The translations under genes and the position numbers were made by a program. A stretch of 64,000 nucleotides of DNA, from NCBI GenBank assembly GCA_951406725.2, contig OX597831.1, forward strand, positions 70,742,001 to 70,806,000. Direction: 5' to 3'. The DNA is from Octopus vulgaris. Lineage: Eukaryota. A model generated the notes under the pieces. It was given only the letters and a program-made list of their open reading frames with translations, searched no databases and was not told the DNA's origin. Of the stretch, positions 13,433 to 27,183 are shown one piece after another (within the stretch, counting starts at the first letter, position 1; every line of letters begins with the position of its first letter).

Positions 13433-15264
13433 ATTTTTTAATGTCGTTTCACATTTTCTTTTTAAATCTATACATGCAGAGATACATGTAATATACAATT
13501 TGTATATGAGTGTGTGGAGGGGGACAGAGATTACTCCCCAAAATATTCCTCAATAGCCATATAAATGCATATATAAATACATAATTATACACACCCACAT
13601 ATATATGTATGCTCATGAGTATATATGTATATACTTATGTAAACAGAATATATATATATTTACACATATATGTGTATTTATGCATGAGTGTGTGTGTATG
13701 TGTGTATGTGAGTGAGTGTGTGTGTGTATATTTATATGTATGTATACATCCTTTTTCATGATATGTGTGTTTATAATTTTTTTATTTTTTAAGTACACAA
13801 ACTGTCTAACCCCGATGAATAATAATTCATATTTTCTAATTCAATTTTACATTCCTATAAATTATATTAAATTTCATTTCTGCGAAATCAACTGCAATAA
13901 GCTCATTGTACCGACTGTATTCATGAAAGAGAATCTACAGATATAACCGATATTCCTGACTACAATATTTACACTCTGGAAAAGCAGACCCTCAACAAAT
14001 CTTCAAACTTCATTGTCAGTCGTTTGTAAAAATATATTTTATAAACTACATATAACTATTGAGAATGTCTTTATATATAGCAATAATAAATCTCTGAACG
14101 AGATATATATAGTTATATATAGTTATATATAGTTATACATAAAACATACAATGATACATGTATACAATATGTATGTATAATATCCCTTTGTGTATGTGTG
14201 TGTGTATGTGTTTGTGTGTGTGTGTGTCTACATATATACATGCACACATACATATATATATATGTATATATATATGGGTACATACACAAGCACAAACACA
14301 CACACACATATATGTATGTATGTATGTATGAATGAGCATAGATATATATATACACATATATGTGTATATATCTATGCTCACTCATATATACATATATACA
14401 CACACACATGCACACACAAACACACACCCACACCCACACATGCATATATATATATATATATGAGAAAAATTAGATGAAAGAGGAGTAGACGAAAACTAAA
14501 TGGACAGGAAATTAGACAATGATATGATATACGGAATATTTGCGGCTGAATTTTTCTCTTCAGTCAAAGACGCAAAATACATTAGCGGTTTCACACCAAT
14601 TACCTTTGATACTGCTCGATTTTGCAGATGCCAGTGCTTTTATTAATCTACTGGGGAAGATAGTAAATGTGTGCTAAAACAGAAACAAACAAGACATATA
14701 ATACAACAGACAACAAACAATGCATGTATAACAGCACAAAGCCTTATGGCTATAAACAAATGAAGGAAAAGTAATAATTATACATATACCATAAATACAA
14801 CAGAATGAACTTTGTAGCTGTCGAACGAACTGTGTAGGGTTGTGCAAAGAGGAAACAGATTAAGTCGCAGAGGACAGAACGGATGTAGCAGGAGGCATGA
14901 CCAGACTGGTCTTCTTGGCTGTAGTTTCCAGCTCGGAATTTCTGGAACCACTATTGACACTGGCTTATGCTTATTGTCCGATCTCCATATACTGCTTTAA
15001 TATTCCTCACACTTTCTATTATGCTGTTACCTTTATTGAACTCATAAAGCAAAACTTGCTGAACATGCTCCTTTGTCACTTTCATTATAGCTTTGAAAAA
15101 GTAACTGTTAAAATCGAACTGCACTCTTCAAAACTTGCACTAAGAATAAGGACAAGGTAAAATTACTACCTGCTTTTATAGCAAGTTGATGCAGGTAGTT
15201 TATCCTGTCCCCCTCTGACTTTTAGTTCATGCAATTAAAACAACCACATTATTTATGAGATGAC

Positions 15265-15317
<53 letters not shown>

Positions 15318-15322
15318 ATATT

Positions 15323-15363
<41 letters not shown>

Positions 15364-15925
15364 GCATTTCTTTTCCATTTTAGAAACATATTTACCAGTA
15401 AGAACTGTATGTTGCTAACATCGAGGACTTGAAATAATTCTTGTTTGGAACTGAGTTTAAGTTTCAAGCATAGCCTTCAATTTTTGTATCCAAAAGGGAT
15501 TTTCAATTCAGTATTTATATGCTGTTATTTATGGAATTTATGTACTTCAAAATCTAGATTTTCTCTGACACTCTGCTTTCATTTTATACTGTCTCATGCA
15601 AAAATATTGATGCTCAGCATAGAATAAATATCTAATTATTATTTAATCATGCAGCCATGCATGAAAATTAATTTACCTGTGACAACTAAGTTCTAGATTC
15701 TGCTTGACTTAAATAGTATTTTGTTATAATTTCTCTTCATGAACATACTTATCCTTTTGTAAGTGGCCACTGAACCATGAAGCATATCAAGATAATTTCT
15801 TGTTTTTCTGTGTTTGAAGAGAGCTACAAGAAAAAATAGTGAAAGACATAAAACATGTAGTTTAGCTGCATTAAATTGTCACCAGTATTCTAATAAAAAA
15901 ATGTGCTGTAAATATATATATATAT

Positions 15926-16406
15926 TTGCTGACATGGAGAAAGCCTCTGACAGGGTCCCCCGATCCCTTATCTGGTGGTCAATGAGGAAAAAAGGGATAG
16001 ATGAATGGTTAGTGAGAGCTGTGCAAGCCATGTACAGGGATGCTGTCAGTAAGGTGAGGGTTGGCAACGAGTACGGTGAAGAATTCCAGGTAGGGGTAGG
16101 CGTCCACCATGGATCAGTCCTCAGCCCCTTCTTATTCATCATAGTCCTTCAGGCAATAACATAGGAATTCAAGACAGGATGCCCCTAGAAGATTCTCTAT
16201 GCTGATGACCTTGCTCAAATTGCTGAGTCACTATCAGAACTAGAGGAAAAGTTTCAGGTGTGGAAGCAAGGATTAAAATCGAAGGGCCTTAGAATCAATC
16301 TAGCAAAAAGCCAAAGTCTTAATAAGTAGGAAGGCAGACAAATGACAAATCCCTTCAGTAGATGGCCCTGCTTGATCTGTAGAAAAGGCATAGGTAGAAA
16401 CTCCAT
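15926..16406 (+). mobile_element. RTE LINE RT-domain fragment (degenerate)
   Basis: FADMEKASDRVPR, VGVHHGSVLSPFLF, ILYADDL with in-frame stops; ends in WPC.ICRKGIGRNS. Confidence 0.88.
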
Positions 16407-16523
16407 GCTAGTTTTCCTACCTAAGGGACTAATATCTATTTTGTCCCTGGTTATAAGAGAGAAGCTTTTTTTACAAAAATCAGGGACTTATTTAAGAGAA
16501 GAGGAGAGACACTAGAATAATAA

Positions 16524-16907
16524 CTCTCTTTACTCTTTACTCTTTTACTTGTTTCAGTCATTTGACTGTGGCCATGCTGGAGCACCGCCTTTAGTCAAGC
16601 AAATCGACCCCAGGACTTATTCTTTGTAAGCCCAGTACTTATTCTATCGGTCTCTTTTGCCAAACCGCTAAGTGACGGTAGTCAGGCAATGCTAGGGGGA
16701 CAAACACAGACACACAAACACACACATATATATACACATATATACGACGGGCTTCTTTCAGTTTCCGTCTACCAAATCCACTCACAAGGCATTGGTCGGC
16801 CCAGGGCTATAGCAGAAGACACTTGCCCAAGATGCCACGCAGTGGGACTGAACCCGGAACCATGTGGTTGGTAAGCAAGCTACTTACCACACAGTTACTC
16901 CTGCGCC
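16524..16907 (-). mobile_element. SINE family A
   Basis: Matches consensus, small internal deletion near 16678. Confidence 0.9.
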
Positions 16908-17273
16908 TATTGATAATAACTGTTTTTAATATAATAAATTGATTACGTTATGATACATCTCCTAAACTGAGGCCCTAATTCCCACCCTTAAAACATATTT
17001 TGATCTCTTTTGTTTTCCACTTTATTCCCCTTTTATTTGACAATCTAAATATGTACCAACCAGTCCTATCCTTCCTCCTTCTAGTTATCACCTCTTCTCC
17101 AGCAGCCATTCTCTTACTAGCAGCCCTGAGACATATCTTTTTATGTAGATAAAGCTAGATGTATGGTCCCAGTAAAATAACGGTTGGGGAGAGTAGGATC
17201 TGACATGAATAAATTTATCCCCATCAACTGAAACTTAATTGTCAACTCCCAATGGATTTAACTCTAAAGGATT

Positions 17274-17678
17274 TACTCTCTTTTACTCTTTTACTTGTTT
17301 CAGTCATTTGACTGCAGCCATGCTGGAGCACTGCCTTTAGTCGAGCAAATCGACCCCGGGACTTATTCTTTGTAAGCCCAGTACTTATTCTATCGGTCTC
17401 TTTTGCTGAACCGCTAAGTGACGGGGACGTAAACACACCAGCATCGGTTGTCAAGCAATGCTAGAGGGACAAACGCAGACACACAAACATATACACACAC
17501 ATACATATATATATATACATATATACAACAGGCTTCTTTCAGTTTCCGCCTACCAATTCCACTCACAAGGCTTTGGTCGGCCCGAGGCTATAGCAGAAGA
17601 CACTTGCCCAAGATGCCACGCAGTGGGACTGAACCCGGAACCATGTGGTTGGTTAGCAAGCTACTTACCACACAGCCG
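17274..17678 (-). mobile_element. SINE family A (head slightly truncated)
   Basis: Matches consensus. Confidence 0.9.
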
Positions 17679-17720
17679 TAGACTATATGCTGCATAAAAT
17701 CTTATAAATAAAATAAAGAT

Positions 17721-18095
17721 CACGTAAAGTATACTAGCCATCTCAATATGGCTAACCACTAAGGGTGGGTGTTACTGTAGCTTTTAGCGCCAGGAGATCA
17801 TTGTCTCCAGCTGGCTTTAGACACACTTTCTGTGCCCTTATGGTATTTGCAAAGGGAGGTCTTCCCTCTCTCGTAAACCTAAGTGATACGCACGGACTGT
17901 AGTTTCGAGGTAATTTGCCTCTTGTCAACGTACGGTAATCACCGGTTTTCGATGAGGGAACCTATTTGCAAATATCTATATAATGTTTTTCCCACTAACT
18001 TCTGTCACTGATTTCGAAAAACTGTCTGCAAGCAATAATAAATCTCTGAACGAGATGTAAACAGTAACCGCTCGACAACGTAAAGTATACTAGCC
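17721..18095 (-). mobile_element. Candidate non-LTR retrozyme (356-nt monomer plus terminal redundancy, TSD, HHR)
   Basis: TSD AAATAAAGAT at 17711-17720 and 18096-18105; ACGTAAAGTATACTAGCC(A) at 17722 and 18078; HHR at 17889-17934; no ORF. Confidence 0.65.
17889..17934 (-). ncRNA. Type I hammerhead ribozyme with two core substitutions
   Basis: Minus strand: CGTACG-TTGACAA-GAGG-CAAATTA-CCTC-GAAA-CT-AC-AG-TC-CGTGCG; 6-bp stem I, 4-bp stem II, GUC cleavage triplet; TTGACAA instead of CTGACGA. Confidence 0.65.
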
Positions 18096-18289
18096 AAATA
18101 AAGATAGATATGAATTAACTATCTTACCATTCCTTTTTCTTGACAACGCTATTTTACTTTGTTACTGTCTAAATTATAGCAGACTTTAGATATACATTTC
18201 TCCCTAAATTCATTCTGCCAAAAACATAGCAGAGGGAAACAATATGATTATTTTGGCTTCTAGTACTCATGTAAATTGTGCTAAAAAAA

Positions 18290-18445
18290 TGGTTTATCCT
18301 TTATATTGGAAATCTATAAGGTTGTCTGCAACTGAGGAAAGTGCTTCTTTTTAAACTGGTGTAATGTCTTCATTGATTGATTATATGGAACCGCTTGAAA
18401 TGGGCATAATGCATTGATACCTGGACATCCTTGTTATTTATTTGC

Positions 18446-18447
<2 letters not shown>
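18290..18447 (+). mobile_element. Short repeat, same family as arms of the 27419-27720 fold-back
   Basis: Aligns with reverse complement of ~27419-27575 (TTGAAA...GATAC..GGACATCCTTGTTA.TTATTT). Confidence 0.6.
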
Positions 18448-18533
<86 letters not shown>

Positions 18534-18613
18534 TGTATGTATGTATGTATGTATGTATGTGTGTTTGTGTGTGTGTGTATGCATGCATGTATGTATATGT
18601 GTATGTGTGTGTA

Positions 18614-18658
<45 letters not shown>

Positions 18659-19624
18659 TACCTGTTATTACCTGTTTTTTCTGTAGCAAGTAAATTATAT
18701 GTGGAAATTGACGATTTAATAGTCTGTTATCAGCATATTGGCATTGAAATAATTTTCTTTAGCCCTTACTTATAAGTTGTTTATACATATATAAATGTAT
18801 TATATATGTGTGAGTGTATATGCATACACACACACATATGTATGTATATGTATGTATATATGTGTGTGTGTATTTATACATAATTAGGATAAAGTCATTA
18901 TTTAATGAATTATCGGTGGCCAGCGTACTAACAGGACCATAATGGTTAATTAATTTCTAAGTATAATTATAAAATATGATTATAATAAGGGTGCTTAAAA
19001 TGACAATGCCTGTATGCTAGAAATAGACCCCCAAATGATCTACAAACCACTTAACTTATTACTCCCTTACCACAAGGTTATATGCAAGGAAAATGGACAG
19101 AAAGGATTTATAAAATATTGTGGACAACACTATATCTCAAGATTTTATGGTTTGCAATGTTAAAAACGCTTTTCACTCTCCAGTAGTGCAAACCAATCGT
19201 AAATAAATGAGAAATACATATACATACTATAGATATACAGTCGTACAAATATGAGCATATACATGAATATTTGCTGCAGAATTATTTTGAGTAAATATCC
19301 ACATGGTTGAAATGGGTGATTGGGTTTTTCTTCATATGTATGTGTGAAATGCATGCATATGCTTGTACTTGTCATTTTCAGCACCCTCTTTATAATATTT
19401 TATTATTATACTTAAATATGTATATATATATATATCTGTAAAATAATATGTGACAATTATTCAATAGCCAAGATAAAACTCTGAGTTTCGGATGCCGAGG
19501 TGGAAATCCACAACACCCTTTATCTATAGAATGTAAATGTATTTCTCATTTACAGATAAATTTCCTTTATTTACATAATATTGAGGTCTCATTCTTTCTT
19601 TTGTTACCTTACTGTTTTTACCAA

Positions 19625-19661
<37 letters not shown>

Positions 19662-19690
19662 TTGCGTATGTCAATACTTATGTGTGTGTA

Positions 19691-19722
<32 letters not shown>

Positions 19723-19969
19723 CTGGAGAAATTATACAAAGTGTATAAGTGGATGATGAGCATAGCACCAGCACAGCTTCGATTACCTGTTATTATCCGT
19801 AGATTGCAGGAACTTCATAGTGGTGGTTGAGGTAACAGTATTAATAAAATAGATGGAAAAAATGATTTTATTTAGTATGACACATGTTTTGACCCATTCT
19901 GGGTCTCATCAGTTCATAAATAAAAAAAAAATTTAAAGATTCGGGTTTTAGATATCACTAAATGTCTGT

Positions 19970-20170
19970 GAACCGTTAACTTATGGGGACATAAACACAA
20001 CACCAGTTGTCAAGTAGTGATGAGTGACATATGCAGAAGCAAAGACACAGACACACACATAACAAGCTTCTTTTAGTTTCCATCTACGAAATCCACTCAA
20101 GGCTTTGGTCAGCCTGAGACTATAGTAGAAGACACTTGCCCAAGGTGTCACAGAGTGGGGCTGAATCCAA
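19970..20170 (-). mobile_element. SINE family A internal fragment
   Basis: AAATCCACTCAAGGCTTTGGTC..GACACTTGCCCAAGG. Confidence 0.75.
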
Positions 20171-20639
20171 CCCCGCACATGAACACCAGCGATGTTTGTA
20201 TATGTCCCTCATAAATAATGATTGCTACTCGGGGGGGGGGTGACTTACTGGGAAAAAGTACTAGAGTAATTTATCACATTTAAAAATAATGGTTGGCATT
20301 AAGAAGGTGACAAGCTGTATAATAGTGTATCAAGGAGTTTTTCCCAATACATGCCATTTTAGAAAGAGTGAATGCAAAAATAATGATCGTAATGACAACA
20401 GCAATATCTGTGTTTGTGTATTCAACAGGTAAATGAGTGTAGTTATGTGAGGACATAATGATAAGTAATAATTAAAGCAATTAGTTGAGATGTTCCTGGC
20501 TAAAGAGTGTGGCTTGCTATACTCAGCAATAATTGCATGGATTGAAAATTATTTTAGCCATTTCAACTATGTTCTAGAATGTGCTTGCTTCAAATAGCAC
20601 TGTCCTCCAGGGGAAGGTTGATATTGTCAGCTGCCAGCC

Positions 20640-20890
20640 CAGGTTCCACTTCTCCTCAAGTAGGGAAAAGTAAACTGTCAAGATATTAGTTACTCTCTGA
20701 CAGGTGCTCGTGGCAGTTGAGACCTCTGGCATTCTTGGTCCCCCAGACCATATCCCTGCTCACTACTATTGGGGCAGAGGCTGCTGTCTGCAAATGCAAG
20801 CACCATGAGTTAGAGTGGCTGTTTCAGTGTATCTCCATTGCTATCCACCAGAGCAGTGCCTTTTCTGTTTTGTCAGCTGGGGCCATGAAA
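20640..20890 (+). mobile_element. CRE-type (restriction-like endonuclease) non-LTR retrotransposon C-terminal remnant
   Basis: AVETSGILGP then (frameshift) LLTTIG..ELEWLFQCISIAIHQSSAFSV, resembling the AVETxGxWG...LFQRISIAIQRGNA C-terminus of CRE-clade elements. Confidence 0.6.
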
Positions 20891-21206
20891 AATGTTTAAA
20901 TATTGTGAGAAGCAAGATTCTCCATTATTTCATTGTTCTCACTATAAGCTTAAGAGTTCCTTTATGTGTATTCATAATCTTGAAAACTATTTTATTCTTG
21001 TTCATCAAAATCAAGAGAAAGAAAAACACTAGCTCTCCTGAGAAATGGTCTATGTATGACTAATCCTCTTGAAAAATTGTAATTGACTGGAAAGAAAGAA
21101 ATTTTTACTGATTGCTTTCATTTCATATAAATTCTCATGTCTTCTAAAATCATATATGGCATAATGATATGATATAACGTTGCATTATATAAGTAACAGT
21201 AATATA

Positions 21207-21375
21207 TGCAGGAGTGGCTGTGTGGTAAGTAGCTTGCTAACCAACCACATGGTTCCGGGTTCAGTCCCACTGTGTGGCATCTTGGGCAAGTGTCTTCTGC
21301 TATAGCCTCGGGCCGACCAATGCCTTGTGAGTGGATTTGGTAGACGGAAACTGAAAGAAGCCTGTCGTATATATG

Positions 21376-21406
<31 letters not shown>

Positions 21407-21607
21407 GCGTCTGTGTTTGTCCCCCTAGCATTGCTTGACAACCGATGCTGGTGTGTTTATGTCCCTGTCACTTAGCGGTTCGGCAAAAAGAGACCGATAG
21501 AATAAGTACAGGGCTTACAAAAAGAATAAGTCCCGGGGTCGAGCTGCTCGACTAAAGGCGGTGCTCCAGCATGGCCGCAGTCAAATGACTGAAACAAGTA
21601 AAAGAGT
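21207..21607 (+). mobile_element. SINE family A
   Basis: Matches consensus. Confidence 0.92.
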
Positions 21608-22470
21608 ATACTTGTTGATTCAGGTAGTCACAACATATTTGGTCTGAGTACTACGGTCAGTATACAGGCCAAATATATTTGATAGTCAATTAAATCGAAT
21701 AGAAACACTCCCTGAAGAAAATTATCTTCTTGGGAGGTTGAAATAAATCTATATATTTCTTGAAAAGATGTATTTTCTGTTTTTTCCAACTCTCCCTTAT
21801 ATCTGTTTTCACCCATGGGATACTCTGGGAAATTCCTTTCAATTTGGCCTTTAACAATTATTTTTTCTTTCTCTCTACCACCAACAAACCTCTTCTCCCT
21901 CCTCCTCTTCTCCTAGACGTGTCTTGCTCTATCTTGGCACTGTTTCATGTTGTCTACACAATTATTTGATTAGTGTTTCTCATTATTCTTCACAGGCTGC
22001 TCTAAATACAGTCACTGTCAGTTATTTAGTTGTTCTTCTCTTGCATTTTACCCCCATTTAGACAAACATTACGTATAACTACTGTAGGTTTTGAGACAAT
22101 GTATACAACGATGCATGTATATGCATCCATGCTTGTATGTATGTACATTGTATGTATGCATGTGTGTATATGTATCTGTGTGTGTGTGTGTGTGTGTACA
22201 TGTTTGTAACCGCTGGCACCTCATATCTGATTATTTATGTTTCACATTTACAATCATACATAACACTTTCCTTTAGTATTATGTGTTGATTTATTATCCG
22301 TTTAACTACTTACATACTCAACATTACAAGGCATACATACATACATACACATATGCACACATGCATTTTATACACACGCACACACACACACATACACATG
22401 CATAGATGCACATGCATATATATGTATACATATATATATATGTATACATATATATATGTATACATATATC

Positions 22471-22523
<53 letters not shown>

Positions 22524-22524
<1 letters not shown>

Positions 22525-22820
22525 GAGGCGCAATGGCCCAGTGGTTAGAGCAGCGGACTCGTGGTCGGAGGATCGCGATTTCGATTCCCAGACCAGGCGT
22601 TGTGTGTGTTTATTGAGCGAAAACACCTAAAAGCTCCACGAGGCTCCGGCAGGGAGTGGTAATCCCTGCTGTTCTCTTTCATCACTCTTTCTCCCACTCT
22701 TTCTTCTGTTGGCCTGCTCGCTTAGCCAGCGGGGTGGCGTCATTTAAAGGCTAAAACAATGCAAACGCATTGTGACCAGCGATGTGTAACAACATCTGAT
22801 GGTCTGGTCGGTCACGTGAT

Positions 22821-22828
<8 letters not shown>
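22524..22828 (+). mobile_element. SINE family B, full length
   Basis: GGAGGCGCAATGGCCCAGTGGTTAG (A box), TTTCGATTCCC (B box), tail GTCACGTGATCACGTGA then (TA)n. Confidence 0.9.
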
Positions 22829-22863
<35 letters not shown>

Positions 22864-22946
22864 GGTCCCGGGTTGATTCGGGGTTAACCACAGTAAGTAA
22901 GGTACTCAATACATAGCAGAGTAAAATTAATTTATTATATAGAAGG

Positions 22947-22997
22947 AGCTTCTACAGGACTAGTACTGTTTCATTCAAGAGAAATCTTCAGGAAGCT
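22947..22997 (-). ncRNA. Type I hammerhead ribozyme, intact core
   Basis: Exact reverse complement of 27133-27183. Confidence 0.85.
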
Positions 22998-23329
22998 ATT
23001 TAACAAGAATTGTATTAGCATTTATACATTTAGGCAGGTTTAAAGGAGTGGTGGTGGGGGACTTTTTGGGGGTAGGCATAGCGCAAAATATCATACTTGG
23101 GGGAGTGGTCAAGGAGTCAGTGGTAAGTTAGATGAAAGAATAGATAAATAAAAAAATAAAATAATAAAATAAAAAAATAAAAAAATAAAAAAAATAATAA
23201 AAAAATAAAAAAATAAAATAAAAAAATAAAAAAATAAAAAATATATATAAAAAATATATATATAAAAAAATATATATATATAAAAAAAGGGGGGATAGAG
23301 TTATAGGTAAATAAGGAGATTCTCACTTG

Positions 23330-23373
23330 TACCTATACACACATGTATACGTATCTACACACATATATATATA

Positions 23374-23415
<42 letters not shown>

Positions 23416-23719
23416 TATATACACATATACATACATATCTACATACACACATACATACACCCGCCCACATATACAAATTTATACACATGCACATGCATAT
23501 ACCTGTCTACACATACACACACGTATATATGCATACACTCACTCCCATGCATGCACGCATACACACATGTATATATATACACACGACCACACATACATAT
23601 ATACACAGAAAAATATATATTCATACGCACATACACTCATGCACACACAACACACCTAGTTCCCTATATACACATATTTACACCTATATATACACATACA
23701 CCCACATACACATATGTAC

Positions 23720-23750
<31 letters not shown>

Positions 23751-24298
23751 CATATACACGCATACATATATATACATGTGTGCACATACATACATATACA
23801 CATATACATACACACACACATACACATGTGTATCTATACATACCTACACATACACACATACATACATATATATATATATATATACATATATATATACAAT
23901 CCAATACAGGCCCATTCCCTAATTTTAATTTTATTATCTTCATTTATTACTTTTGTTATCTTTGATCGCTAGAGCTAAGGATCCTGGCTATGGCAGCATG
24001 TCCATTTGTCTGTCTACTAGAAGGCAAGTACTCATTCCCGCACGCACACTCAATAGCACGTACATTCACCCATTCGTACACTCATACACATACACGTACG
24101 CACGCGTTATATTCATACATACAAACATCTACATACGTTCACGTATATACACATACGTACTCGTACCTACAGATTCGTGTCTACACTTTAGGAGGCTAGT
24201 CTATACATATACACCAATAAATATACACATATATATATATATATATACACATATACATACACACACACACATATACTCCTACATACAGATACATACCG

Positions 24299-24355
<57 letters not shown>

Positions 24356-24557
24356 CATACACACACACACATATATATACACTCACATACATACACATAT
24401 ATATACATACACAAACATATATACACACATATATATATATATACACACATACACACACATACATACATATACACACAAATACATACATACGTATACATAC
24501 ATACATACATCCATACATCCATACTTACATGCATTTATACGCATACACACACCCCCA

Positions 24558-24594
<37 letters not shown>

Positions 24595-25091
24595 TCACAC
24601 ATACATATACAAATATACGCACACACATACATACATACACGTGTACGCATACACGCACATACACATATACATGCATACCCATACACGTGCACACACGCAC
24701 GTGCATCCATATATATACACACACACACATATATACACGTGTGCAAGCATACATACATACTCATACACGCACACATACTTACATATACAAATATATGCAC
24801 ACACTTACACACATATATACATACACATATACATGCATACCTACATATATGCATACATACACATACACGCACATACACATATACATGCGTACCCATACAC
24901 GTGCACACACGCACCCGCATCCATATATATACACACACACACATATATACACGTGTGCAAGCATACATACATACTCATACACGCACACATACTTACATAT
25001 ACATATATGCACACACTTACACACATATATACATACACATATACATGCATACATACATATATGCATACATACACACACGCGCACTCATATA

Positions 25092-25169
<78 letters not shown>

Positions 25170-25322
25170 TACACATACATATACATACACACATACATAT
25201 ACATACACATACGTACATATATATATATATACACATATATACACATATACACATACATATATACACATATACATACACACACACATACATATATACACAT
25301 ACACTGATACACATACCCATAC

Positions 25323-25357
<35 letters not shown>

Positions 25358-25440
25358 TATACACATGCATATACTTATATCTCTACATACTCACATATAA
25401 ACATATATACATATACACACACATATATATACATGTACAT

Positions 25441-25472
<32 letters not shown>

Positions 25473-26340
25473 ATATATATACCTATATATACATATATAT
25501 ATATACACACACACACACACATACATATACACATATACATGTATACATACGCAATAATGATACACATATATACACATACACACACACAGACAGATGCATA
25601 TACATACATATATATATAAATTACATATCTGTATAAATACATACATAATACACATATACACACATATATATACATGCATATACATATACAAATATACATA
25701 CACATACATACACACACACGCGCGCACATACATATACACACACACATATACAAATACATACATACACACATACACACACACACATATATACATACATGTA
25801 CACATATACATATATATATATATCAACAAGGGAGGGTAAAGTTAATTAGTTATTAATCAATTTCACCAAGTATTCAGTATGTAAAGGGACCATTATTATT
25901 TTGAGTAAACAATGTTAGAGGGAAAAAAATTCTCTAAGTAGTGGAAGAGGCTAAAAGACTTTATTGGCTGCTATTTCTAGAAAGTTTAGTATGTGGCAAA
26001 GTAATTTATTTTATTTTACTAAGCCCTAATTATATAATATTTTATACATACATACACATACATGAACACATACATTTACACATACATATGCATATACGTA
26101 TATACACATATACATACAAACACATATACATATATACACACACACACACATACAAGCACATACATATATATATATATATACATATATGCAAATATATATA
26201 CATATATATATTTTTTTTACATGCATACATACACACACACACACATAATACATGCGTATATTCCTACTGTACCCATGCATTTCTATACACATATACATAC
26301 ATACGATACACATATACAAGCGTGCACATACAATATGTGA
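23330..26340. repeat. ~3 kb cryptic TA/CA low-complexity tract inside the PLE 3' region
   Basis: Mixed TACA/CATA/TA runs with a 214-bp internal duplication (24663 vs 24877). Confidence 0.9.
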
Positions 26341-26419
26341 AAGGTCTTAGGAGAAAAGGTAATCGGGGGTGCTAGGGGAACAGTGGGGTTGGGGGGGGTT
26401 GTAGGGGGGGGGGTTGTCA

Positions 26420-26905
26420 TCAATCAGGTTGCCGGGTAGGTCTATAGTTCTTGTAGTTCGCATACTTCTTATGCATGCAATTTGGGGAGTGTTCTGAAAA
26501 TTTGTTAAGGAGAGGGCCTTTGGCGAACAAGATCTCTAGGCTCTCTGATATGCATAGGTCACAGCAGGTATGTCCTCCTGTGTACGAGCGCGCCTTCTGT
26601 AGTAGTTTCCACTTGGTCTTGAAGGGGATTGAGTTCCTTTTAAGGTACCAGATGTGGGCGGCGAGGGTAGTTTGGTTGGATTTATCCTGTCGCCGGAACG
26701 AGTGTGTATGTGCGTACCAGCGGGTCTTAAAGCTGTTTGACGTCATTCCAATGTAGGATTTACTTTTATCGTCAAGGCCTGATCTTACCTCGCATTTATA
26801 TACTAGGTCCCTCTGTAGGCAGTTGTTGTTGAGGGGGCAGGTGGTTTTATCATGGCAGTTGCAACTGCTATCGGACGTTGGATGGGCCCCGGAGAAAGTA
26901 GATAT
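26420..26905 (-). pseudogene. Penelope-clade GIY-YIG endonuclease domain, uninterrupted but 5'-truncated
   Basis: CNCHDKTTCPLNNNCLQRDLVYKCEV..SYIGMTSNSFKTRWYAHTHSF..TTLAAHIWYLK..KWKLL..CDLCISESLEI..LLNKFSE..CMH. Confidence 0.92.
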
Positions 26906-27132
26906 GTTAAATTTTTTTATTTTTTTATTTTTTTATTTTTTTATTTTTTTATTTTTTTATTTTATTATTTTATTTTTTTATTTATCTATTCTTTCATCTA
27001 ACTTACCACTGACTCCTTGACCACTCCCCCAAGTATGATATTTTGCGCTATGCCTACCCCCCAAAAAGTCCCCCACCACCACTCCTTTAAACCTGCCTAA
27101 ATGTATAAATGCTAATACAATTCTTGTTAAAT

Positions 27133-27183
27133 AGCTTCCTGAAGATTTCTCTTGAATGAAACAGTACTAGTCCTGTAGAAGCT
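27133..27183 (+). ncRNA. Type I hammerhead ribozyme, intact core
   Basis: AGCTTC-CTGAAGA-T-TTC-TCTT-GAA-T-GAAA-CAG-TACTAGTC-CTG-TA-GAAGCT; 6-bp stem I, GUA cleavage triplet, palindrome ACTAGT in loop 3. Confidence 0.85.

Noticed and set aside
17721-17760. Helitron 3' end (hairpin TAGCCAT/ATGGCTA plus CTAG) as explanation of 17721-18095
   Set aside because: Helitrons make no TSD and this insert has a 10-bp TSD and an HHR fold; disfavoured but not excluded
22524-22600. tRNA gene
   Set aside because: A/B boxes are followed by SINE body and tail; no clean acceptor stem or T-run terminator
23953-25557. 534-aa ORF and the many Y/I/H/T- or V/C/M-rich ORFs
   Set aside because: Translations of stop-poor TA/CA/TG microsatellites, open in several frames on both strands
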